Source: Polyangiales bacterium (GTDB lineage Bacteria; Myxococcota_A; Polyangia; Polyangiales; Polyangiaceae). From it: a stretch of DNA of 46,367 nt. Both the position numbers and the translations under genes were made by a program. The DNA is taken from NCBI GenBank assembly GCA_038230375.1, contig JBBRNJ010000071.1, positions 1 to 46,367 on the forward strand. The letters run 5' to 3'. The notes under the pieces were generated by a model. It had not been told where the DNA came from. It searched no databases and was given only the letters and a program-made list of their open reading frames with translations. This document shows, piece by piece, positions 38,144 through 45,299 of the stretch (within the stretch, counting starts at the first letter, position 1; each line of letters starts with the position of its first letter).

Positions 38144-38941
38144 TCACGGGAGCGCGAAGAGGCGGCGTGCGTTCTCCGTCGAGATCGTGGCCAGGTCCTC
38201 TGGTGTTTCGCCGCGCGCGCGTGCGACCGTGGCGGCTACGTGCTTCACGAAGCAGGGCTCGTTGCGGCGGCGTGCCTTGTCGAGGTCGCGTGGGAACAGG
38301 TAGGGCGCGTCCGTCTCCACCATGATGCGATCCCTCGGGATCGTCTTCACCAGATCGAAGAGGTGGCGACCGCGTCGCTCGTCGCAGATCCATCCCGTGA
38401 TGCCGATGTGCAGATCCATCTCGAGGTAGCGAGCGAGCGCGCGCTCATCGCCCGTGAAGCAGTGCACGACCCCGCCGACGAGCTTGGGGCGATGTCGCGC
38501 GAGGATCTCGGCGAACGCGTCCGTGGCGTCGCGCTCGTGCAGGAACACGGGCTTCTTCACGGTGGCGGCGAGCGCGAGCTGCGCCTCGAAGCAGGCCAGT
38601 TGGTCCTTCTTCTCGGAGAAGTTGCGGTTGAAATCCAGCCCGCACTCTCCCACCGCCACCACGTCGTCGTGCACGAGCAGCTCGCCCAGCGAGCGCATGG
38701 CCAGCTCTCCATGCGTGCTGGCGTGGTGCGGGTGGATACCCGCGGTGGAGAAGAGCTTCACTGGTCCGTGCAATCGCCGGTCACATGTGATGCGCCTGGC
38801 GTGCGCGCTCAGCTCCACGCTGGTCCCCGTGATGAGCAGGCGCGTGACGCCCGCCTCGAGTGCGCGCGCCAGCACCTCCGGAGTGTCCGTCGCGAACGCG
38901 CGGTTCGTGAGGTTCGCGCCAATGTCCGTGAGCTCGCTCAT
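38144..38941 (-). CDS. tatD: TatD family nuclease
   Basis: DIGANL, GIHPH, GECGLDF, HER, HCFTG and ETDAPY; the ATG overlaps the upstream TGA. Confidence 0.93.
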   Translation of the reverse strand: MSELTDIGANLTNRAFATDTPEVLARALEAGVTRLLITGTSVELSAHARRITCDRRLHGPVKLFSTAGIHPHHASTHGELAMRSLGELLVHDDVVAVGECGLDFNRNFSEKKDQLACFEAQLALAATVKKPVFLHERDATDAFAEILARHRPKLVGGVVHCFTGDERALARYLEMDLHIGITGWICDERRGRHLFDLVKTIPRDRIMVETDAPYLFPRDLDKARRRNEPCFVKHVAATVARARGETPEDLATISTENARRLFALP

Positions 38942-39252
38942 GACGCCGGAAGCTCCTCGCCCTTCGGCGCGATCGCGCTCTCGTGGGCCCGCGTCGTCCG
39001 CTCCGCGATCAGCGCTGCCCACGCCTGCGCGTTCCACTCGCTCCCCGGCGACAAACCGCGCGGGGCTTTCTGCACATGCAGCCGGCCGCGCGCGAACGCG
39101 ACCGTCACGTAAAGCTCCGTGGCCTTCTTTCGCAGGAACATGTGGCGACGCTGCTCGTCTGCCATCGGCCCTACCCAGCGTGTGCGGAGCACGCCCTTCA
39201 ATGTTCGAATCTCTCTCTCCACGTCCCTGATGCAATCAACAAAACTATCCAT
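38938..39252 (-). CDS. Small basic helical protein of unknown function (104 aa)
   Basis: GGAG RBS, then MDSFVDCIRDVEREIRTLKGVLRTRW...ATELYVTVAFARGRLH; its stop overlaps the tatD start (ATGA). Confidence 0.75.
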   Translation of the reverse strand: MDSFVDCIRDVEREIRTLKGVLRTRWVGPMADEQRRHMFLRKKATELYVTVAFARGRLHVQKAPRGLSPGSEWNAQAWAALIAERTTRAHESAIAPKGEELPAS

Positions 39253-39258
39253 TTCAAT

Positions 39259-39295
39259 CTCCATTCGTTGTTCGGTTTCCGAAGCACGAATGAAG
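39259..39295 (-). promoter_or_regulatory. Hairpin sequestering the Shine-Dalgarno of the 104-aa ORF
   Basis: CTTCATTCGT pairs with ACGAATGGAG (10 bp, one G-U); inner stem TTCGG-AAA-CCGAA. Confidence 0.65.
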
Positions 39296-39340
39296 CTGGG
39301 TGGATCGCGTGCGCGAGCGAGCGCGCGACTGCGACAATGG

Positions 39341-39416
39341 TGGTAGCGGGGGCTCGAGTCGAACGAGCTTCTCCGGGAGGCTATCCCGGCGCAGGGACCG
39401 TTCCTACGACCCCGCA
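39341..39416 (-). tRNA. Atypical 76-nt tRNA-like RNA (initiator-like body, central loop triplet AGC)
   Basis: TGCGGGG TC GTAGG-AACGGTC-CCTGC G CCGGG-ATAGCCT-CCCGG AGAA GCTCG-TTCGACT-CGAGC CCCCGCT A CCA: a full cloverleaf with U8, G18G19, TTCGA T-loop and encoded CCA. Confidence 0.85.
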
Positions 39417-39417
39417 A

Positions 39418-39471
39418 TGACGAGAGTGACGAGGATGACGAGAGTGACGAGAGTGACGAGAGTGACGAGTC
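39418..39471. repeat. 9-bp tandem repeat (TGACGAGAG) x6, two copies imperfect
   Basis: Copies start at 39418, 39427, 39436, 39445, 39454 and 39463. Confidence 0.95.
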
Positions 39472-39519
39472 ACTCGCGTGAAGAGGGAGGAGAGAGAGAG
39501 TTGAAGACGGAACGAGAAG

Positions 39520-39630
39520 CGAACGATCACCTGAAAAAACCAGGATTTCGTGGCGCTTGTCGCGCTTTCTCTTTGGAAGCGAATGTCTAAATCTCTGAGC
39601 CCAACACCTGTCCTGTTCGAATCACTACTG
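39520..39630 (-). ncRNA. Putative structured non-coding leader RNA
   Basis: AT-richer intergenic segment. CAG(A)GATTT/AAATCCTG helix encloses CGCTT/AAGCG and GCGC/GCGC hairpins; alternative CCTGG-T5-TCAGG hairpin. Confidence 0.4.
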
Positions 39631-39635
39631 CTCCG

Positions 39636-39664
39636 AAGCTTTGCATGGAGTCGCGCCTTGTCAA
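39636..39664 (-). promoter_or_regulatory. sigma70-type promoter candidate
   Basis: Perfect TTGACA (39664-39659), 16-17 nt spacer, weak -10 AAAGCT/AAGCTT preceded by TG. Confidence 0.5.
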
Positions 39665-39678
39665 GGAGCGGCCGTGGG

Positions 39679-40197
39679 TCAAGCCGGAGGCGGCCGTGAG
39701 TCAGCGCGCACGCGCGGAGGGGCAGGCGCGCCGAGCGAGACAAGCAGGTGCTCGAACATGCGCGCACGCGTCTTGTTGCGCGGCAAGCGCTCGTACACGT
39801 GATGGAGGTGCGTGAGCGCGGCGAGCGCGGCGACCTTCTTGTCGCCATCCCACGGCTCGCTCGCGAGCCTTCGCCACAGCAGCTGCTCGAGCGCGCGTGG
39901 CCTTCGTGCAAGGCCCTTGGCGGCGCGCTCCACGAGGTCGACGGAGGTGGGATTCGCGCGCATCGCCCGCGTGTAGTAGCCCACCGCACCGGTCGTGCGT
40001 CCCACCGCGCCTGCGCACGCGTCGCCAGCCTCAGCCAGCGCAAGGGCGCGTTCCTCGTCGGTCTTCGCGGCGTCGATCTTCTTCCGCGCCTCGGCGAGCG
40101 AGCCGAGCGCCGCGCGGCTTCCCACGAACATCGGGCGAAACCTGTAGATTACATACAGGCCGAAGATCGTGGCGGCCGCGATGAGCTTCCAGTCCAT
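39679..40197 (-). CDS. Membrane-anchored helical (TPR-like) protein
   Basis: Start MDWKLIAAATIFGLYVIYRF (TM), then AVGYYTRAMRANP. Confidence 0.7.
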   Translation of the reverse strand: MDWKLIAAATIFGLYVIYRFRPMFVGSRAALGSLAEARKKIDAAKTDEERALALAEAGDACAGAVGRTTGAVGYYTRAMRANPTSVDLVERAAKGLARRPRALEQLLWRRLASEPWDGDKKVAALAALTHLHHVYERLPRNKTRARMFEHLLVSLGAPAPPRVRADSRPPPA

Positions 40198-40335
40198 GCG
40201 AGAGACCCGCTTACCACGGAATATGCAGGCGAGGACGGGTGTCACGGTCTGGCAGGATGCAGCCCGGCCCAACACGGCCGTCGCCGCCGCCTGGAAGTTG
40301 CGGGATGCCGGGGTTTCCGGCACCATCGGATCCGA

Positions 40336-41007
40336 ATGAAGCGTGCTCTCCGTCTCCTGCTCGGCGTTGTCGTGCTCGCCACCTTCTCGGTGGTGGCGCC
40401 GGCAGGTGCGCGCGCCGACATCTATCAGTGGGTGGACGCAGACGGCGTGGTGCACTTCACCAACAAGACGTCGACCGACCCGCGCGCGAAGCTCTATCTC
40501 AAGGCCGCGGCTCCGACGCCAGCGCCCGGAGCGCCCGGAGCGCCGCTGTGGACGCCGCAGCGCGACCCCACGCGGTACACGCGCTTCGACGAGTGGATTC
40601 GCCAGGCCGCAGCTCTCTACCAGCTCCCCGAGCAGCTCGTTCGCGCGGTCATCAAGGTCGAGAGCGACTACGAGCCCCGCGCCGTCAGCTCCGCGGGTGC
40701 GCGCGGCCTCATGCAGCTCATGCCGGAGACGGCGGACCGTCTGCAGGTGAAGGACATCAACGACCCGCGCGAGAACATCTTTGGCGGCGTCCGCTACCTG
40801 CGCATCCTCGCGAACACCTTCAACGGCGACCTGGAGCTCACCGTCGCTGCCTACAACGCGGGCGAAGAGTCCGTGATGAAGTATGGCGGCATCCCTCCGT
40901 ACGCAGAGACCCGCAACTACGTGGTGAAGGTCACCAAGTTCTACCGCCGCTATCGCATGATCGCGGACCCCGCGGAGGCTAGCCTTCCGCCCCCTGACGG
41001 CCAGTGA
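40336..41007 (+). CDS. DUF4124 + SLT lytic transglycosylase
   Basis: ADIYQWVDADGVVHFTN; VES, GARGLMQLMP, AAYNAG and ETRNYV. Confidence 0.93.
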   Translation: MKRALRLLLGVVVLATFSVVAPAGARADIYQWVDADGVVHFTNKTSTDPRAKLYLKAAAPTPAPGAPGAPLWTPQRDPTRYTRFDEWIRQAAALYQLPEQLVRAVIKVESDYEPRAVSSAGARGLMQLMPETADRLQVKDINDPRENIFGGVRYLRILANTFNGDLELTVAAYNAGEESVMKYGGIPPYAETRNYVVKVTKFYRRYRMIADPAEASLPPPDGQ

Positions 41008-42101
41008 GCACGCAGCGCGCCTCCGCGACCCCGAAGCATCGCAAGCGCGGCGCGTTGCTGGCGCTAGCGACGCTCGTTGCGAGCGCGCTCTCCACGGTCT
41101 CTACCGAGACGCCATGTGCCGCCTATCCGCCGCCGCTCGAGCTGCAAGAGGTCGCAGACACGGGCTCCATGCCGAAGGGCGTGATCATCTCGCCCGACGG
41201 CGACAAGATCTACGTCACCAACTTCGGCCAGGCCAACGGCAAGAACGTCAGCGTGTATGATGCACATACCCTCGCGCCGCAGGGAACGCTCGTGGTGCCG
41301 GGCAACGTCGTGGAGAGCCTTCTGTCCACGGACGGCAAGACGCTCTACGTGAGCAACTTCGAGAAGAACGTCGTCCAGTTCCTCGACATCGAGAAGAAGC
41401 GCATCGTGCGCGAAGTGAAGACCGGCGCGCACCCCAAGATTCTTGCGCTCACGCACGACGGCAACACGCTCTTCGCGGCGAACTGGAACGGCAACTCCGT
41501 CACCCAGATCGACGTCCCCACCGGCAAGGTCGTTCGCACGCTGCCCGCAGGCGCGCAGCCACGCGGCATGGTCGCGTCGACCGACGGGCACCTCTACATC
41601 GCGAACTTCAACGGCGAGTCGATCGACATCTACTACGGCGCCGAATACAAGGAGCACAAGCGCATCACCGCGTGCCGCATCCCTCGCCACCTGGTGCTGT
41701 CACCGGACGAGAAGACGCTCTACATCAGCTGCTACCACGACAGCATGCTGCACGCTGTGGACACGTCTTCGCTCGAGATCGTGCACACCGCGCACATTGG
41801 CAGCTCACCGAAGAGCATCGACGTCTCGCCCGACGGCCGATACGTGTATTCTGCAGATTATGGCGCGCAGACGAACAGCGTCTCCGTGGTGGACACGACG
41901 GACTGGACCGCGCGCGTCTATCCGATCCCCGGCATGGACCACGGCAGCGGCATCGCCGTCACGAAGGACGGACAACACGCGTACGTGACGGGCTGGTACG
42001 ACAACCACGTCTACCTCGTGGGTTTTGAAGGCACGGGCGGTCACCCGGACGCCGCGCTGGCGAAGGTCCAGGGCTGGATCCGCCGCCCAAAACACGACTA
42101 G
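41004..42101 (+). CDS. YVTN/YncE-type beta-propeller secreted protein
   Basis: Repeated SPDG..YVTN-like blades; GTGA overlap with the SLT gene. Confidence 0.85.
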   Translation: MSTQRASATPKHRKRGALLALATLVASALSTVSTETPCAAYPPPLELQEVADTGSMPKGVIISPDGDKIYVTNFGQANGKNVSVYDAHTLAPQGTLVVPGNVVESLLSTDGKTLYVSNFEKNVVQFLDIEKKRIVREVKTGAHPKILALTHDGNTLFAANWNGNSVTQIDVPTGKVVRTLPAGAQPRGMVASTDGHLYIANFNGESIDIYYGAEYKEHKRITACRIPRHLVLSPDEKTLYISCYHDSMLHAVDTSSLEIVHTAHIGSSPKSIDVSPDGRYVYSADYGAQTNSVSVVDTTDWTARVYPIPGMDHGSGIAVTKDGQHAYVTGWYDNHVYLVGFEGTGGHPDAALAKVQGWIRRPKHD

Positions 42102-42113
42102 CTCACGCGGCTC

Positions 42114-43283
42114 CTAACCACCGCGCATGGCTACCACGGGACTGACTCTCGCCGCGCGGAGGGCAGGGAAAAACCCGCCGATGAGGCCCATCATGAGCGC
42201 GAAGAAGAGCGCGCGGAAGATGATCGCGGGCGTGGGCTCGAACGTGAAGACGATCTCGGACCAGCTCTGGAAATTCATCATGGAGAATTTCACGAACTGC
42301 ATGCCCATGGCCGCCAGCGCGCCCACGCCTCCGCCGAAGAGCGCGAGGATGACCGACTCCAGGAGGAACGAGACCAGGATGCTGGCGCGAGAGAAGCCGA
42401 GCGCGCGAAGCGTTCCGATCTCTCGCTGCCGGTTTGCCACGGCCGCGTACATGGTGATCATGGCGCCGATCATGGCGCCGATGGAGAAGAAGAACGAGAT
42501 GACTCCGCCGAGCGCGCCCACGAAGATGGACGTGCCCTCGGACTGCTTGTCGAAGTACTCGGAGTCGCGCATGGCCAGGAAGCCGAACTGCTTGTCGCTC
42601 TCCATGCTCGCGCGGAAGCCGTCATACTTGTCGGGAGACTCGAGGCGCACGCGGACCGACGACACCATGCCGGGGCGCGAATAGGCCGCTCGCAACGTGT
42701 CCACGTCCACCCAGATCTCCGACTCGTAGGACGAGCCGTTCGCCGCGAAAACGCCGACGACGGTGACCGGCCTGTTCTTGCGCAGGTCGAAGGTGTTCCC
42801 GAGGTCCGTGCCCTTGAAGCGACCGCGGATGCGCTGCCCCACGATGACCTCGTCCTTGCCGGGTGCAGGAGCGCGCCCGTCGACGATGGTGACCTCGGGA
42901 CGGAACTGCATGGCGTTCGCGGGCACGCCGCGGATCTGCACGTTCGTCACGCCCTTCGCGCCGATCTTCTCCATGGCGCCAACGACGATGATCTCGCCCA
43001 CGCCGATGGGCGCGTTGTTGCCGTCCTTCTTCACGCCGGGGGTGCCCATGATCGTGTTGATGGCGCCAACGTCGATCACGCTGCCGAGCTCGTTGTCGCT
43101 GCCCTTTCGGAGCACGATCGCAACGTCGGATTGGCCGGAGACCGACAGGGTCTTCTTGATGCCGTTCGCCAGCATCAGCGCCGATGCGAGCACGAAGACC
43201 ACGAGCGCGATGCCGAGCGCGGTGGCGATGGTCGTGGTCTTGCGGACCGCGAGGCTCCGCACGTTGTAGCGAATGGGAATCAT
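42114..43283 (-). CDS. ABC transporter permease (MacB/FtsX type)
   Basis: RQREIGTLRALGF and PALRAAR; periplasmic domain plus TM helices. Confidence 0.92.
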   Translation of the reverse strand: MIPIRYNVRSLAVRKTTTIATALGIALVVFVLASALMLANGIKKTLSVSGQSDVAIVLRKGSDNELGSVIDVGAINTIMGTPGVKKDGNNAPIGVGEIIVVGAMEKIGAKGVTNVQIRGVPANAMQFRPEVTIVDGRAPAPGKDEVIVGQRIRGRFKGTDLGNTFDLRKNRPVTVVGVFAANGSSYESEIWVDVDTLRAAYSRPGMVSSVRVRLESPDKYDGFRASMESDKQFGFLAMRDSEYFDKQSEGTSIFVGALGGVISFFFSIGAMIGAMITMYAAVANRQREIGTLRALGFSRASILVSFLLESVILALFGGGVGALAAMGMQFVKFSMMNFQSWSEIVFTFEPTPAIIFRALFFALMMGLIGGFFPALRAARVSPVVAMRGG

Positions 43284-43284
43284 G

Positions 43285-44472
43285 TCACGCGACCCTTCTC
43301 AAGGCGTCCACGACCTTCAATGTCGATGCGCGGTATGCGGGGATGGCCGCTGCGCCCACTCCCAGGACGAGCGATGCGATGATGGCGCTCGTGGTGACGT
43401 TCGGCTCGACCGAGAAGTTCGGGAAGAAGTTTCCCATGTTCTCCTCGAGCCACTTGCCCATGCCCAGGTTGATGAACGGATACGCGATCGCGATCCCCAC
43501 GGCACCGCCCACGCCTGCGAGGAGCGCGGACTCGCCCAGCACGAAGCCCGCGAGATGGCCGCCGGTGAAGCCGATCGCGCGGAGCACGCCGTATTCGTTC
43601 GTGCGCTCGCGCACGCCCATGGCGATGGTGTTGCCAAGGATCAGCGCCATGATCGCGAGGATGACGACCGAGATGATGTCGATCGCCGAGAGGACCGCGG
43701 AGAACGACGCGAGGAACGAAGCATTGAACGCGTGCTCGTCCTGGCTCTCCGTCTGGATCTCCTGATCTGCGAAGGCCTTGTCGAGCGCGACGCTCACGTC
43801 GGCCGAGGCCTTAGGATTGTCCACGCGGCTGACGATCCAGCCCACGTTTGCATCCTGCCCTTGCTGGCGTCGCTGCACGTTCGGATCGTTCGCCAGGTAG
43901 TCCCAGCGGAACATGAAGCTGGAACGGTCGATGGCCTTGGACTTGGATGTGTAGATGCCGTCGATGTGGAACTCCCAGTCGCCTTCGCGGGCGAAGATGC
44001 CGGAGGTCAACGTGACCTTGTCGCCGACCTTCCAGCCCATCTTCTTTGCGAGCAGGTCGCCGACGATGGCGCCCTGCGGATCGTGCTGGAAGACGTCCAT
44101 CTGATCCTTCGGCACATCCATGTCGTCGTAGACGAGGAAGTACGTCGTGTGGTCCACGGCGAACGCAGCGAAGAACTCGCGATCGTGCTTGGGGTCCTTG
44201 CCGCCGAACCAGTTCGAGTAGGTCACGGTCTTCACGTGGGGCGTGGCCTTGACCTGGTCGACGTAGCGCTTGGGCAGCGGCATGACGAACGTGATCTTGT
44301 TGCGCGTCACCACGCGATCCTTCGCCGCGTAGTCCGCGCCGGAGGTCCATGCGGAGATGATGGTGCGCAGCATCATGAACGTGAGCACCGCGACGGCGAC
44401 GCCCATCACCGTCAACACCGCACGGAACTTGTTCCGGAGGACGTTCTTGGCGGCGAGCGAGACGAGGGTCAC
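43285..44472 (-). CDS. ABC transporter permease (MacB/FtsX type)
   Basis: GTG start VTLVSLAAKNVLRNKFR; ERTNEYGVLRAIGF. Confidence 0.92.
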   Translation of the reverse strand: MTLVSLAAKNVLRNKFRAVLTVMGVAVAVLTFMMLRTIISAWTSGADYAAKDRVVTRNKITFVMPLPKRYVDQVKATPHVKTVTYSNWFGGKDPKHDREFFAAFAVDHTTYFLVYDDMDVPKDQMDVFQHDPQGAIVGDLLAKKMGWKVGDKVTLTSGIFAREGDWEFHIDGIYTSKSKAIDRSSFMFRWDYLANDPNVQRRQQGQDANVGWIVSRVDNPKASADVSVALDKAFADQEIQTESQDEHAFNASFLASFSAVLSAIDIISVVILAIMALILGNTIAMGVRERTNEYGVLRAIGFTGGHLAGFVLGESALLAGVGGAVGIAIAYPFINLGMGKWLEENMGNFFPNFSVEPNVTTSAIIASLVLGVGAAAIPAYRASTLKVVDALRRVA

Positions 44473-45299
44473 CGGAGCGCTCCCTTGTCGAGGCGGAGCT
44501 GCACGGTGGCGCGCTCGGCCGCGGCGGGATCGTGCGTGACCATGATGATGGTCTTCCCGAGCTCCTTGTTCAGCTTCTCGAGCAGATCGAGGATGTCGTC
44601 CGCCGCCTGGCGATCGAGATCGCCCGTGGGCTCGTCGGCGACGATGAGGGCCGGATCGTTGACGATCGCGCGGGCGATCGCGACGCGCTGCTCCTGACCG
44701 CCGGAGAGCTGGCGCGGGTAGTGGCTCATGCGGTCCTCGAGGCCCACGACGCGGAGCGCGGTCTGCGCGCGCTTTCGCCGGTCGCTCGACGCCACCTTGG
44801 TGAGCAGGAGCGGGAGCTCCACGTTCTCGACCGCGGTCAGCACCGGCAGCAGGTTGTACGACTGGAAGATGAAGCCGACAGTGTCCGCGCGCCATCGCGC
44901 GAGCGCGCTGTCACCCAGCTGCTCGAGCCGCTTGCCGGCGATCTCGATCGTGCCGGACGTGGGCTTGTCCAGGCCAGCGAGCAGGTTGAGCAGGGTGGAC
45001 TTGCCAGAGCCGGACGGCCCCATCAGCGCCTCGAACGAGCCCTTCGCGATGTCGAGATCGAGGTTCTGGAGGACCTTCAGCGTCTCGCCGCCGCGCTCGT
45101 ACGACTTGCTCACGCCCTTCAGGCTGATGAGCGGCTGCTCGGGCCGCGCGCGGTAAGGCGCGTCGCCAGACTTCTCGTCGGCCTTCTTCTCGTCGGCCTT
45201 CGCCTTGGCCTCGGACTTCTCCTCGGACTTCTCCTCCGTCTTCGCCTCGGTCTTCTTCTTGTCGGCGTCTGCCCCGGCGGGGATCGTTTCCTCGGTCAT
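44469..45299 (-). CDS. ABC transporter ATP-binding protein (LolD/MacB type)
   Basis: GPSGSGKS, LSGGQEQR, ADEPTG and VTHD. Confidence 0.95.
   Translation of the reverse strand: MTEETIPAGADADKKKTEAKTEEKSEEKSEAKAKADEKKADEKSGDAPYRARPEQPLISLKGVSKSYERGGETLKVLQNLDLDIAKGSFEALMGPSGSGKSTLLNLLAGLDKPTSGTIEIAGKRLEQLGDSALARWRADTVGFIFQSYNLLPVLTAVENVELPLLLTKVASSDRRKRAQTALRVVGLEDRMSHYPRQLSGGQEQRVAIARAIVNDPALIVADEPTGDLDRQAADDILDLLEKLNKELGKTIIMVTHDPAAAERATVQLRLDKGALR

Noticed and set aside
39341..39416. Ordinary tRNA-Ala(AGC), tRNA-fMet, tRNA-Leu(TAG) or selC
   Set aside because: No G3:U70, no CAT anticodon, TAG is out of register, and there is no long variable arm; kept as an atypical tRNA-like RNA.
39418..39471. 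Possible CRISPR array
   Set aside because: 9-bp head-to-tail units with no spacers, and no cas genes in the window.
39642..39658. sigma54 promoter AGGCGCG...ATGCA for the RNA unit
   Set aside because: GG-to-GC spacing is 11 nt, not the required 10.
39300..39680. Prophage or integrative element at the tRNA-like gene
   Set aside because: No integrase, phage structural genes or duplicated tRNA 3' end seen in the window.
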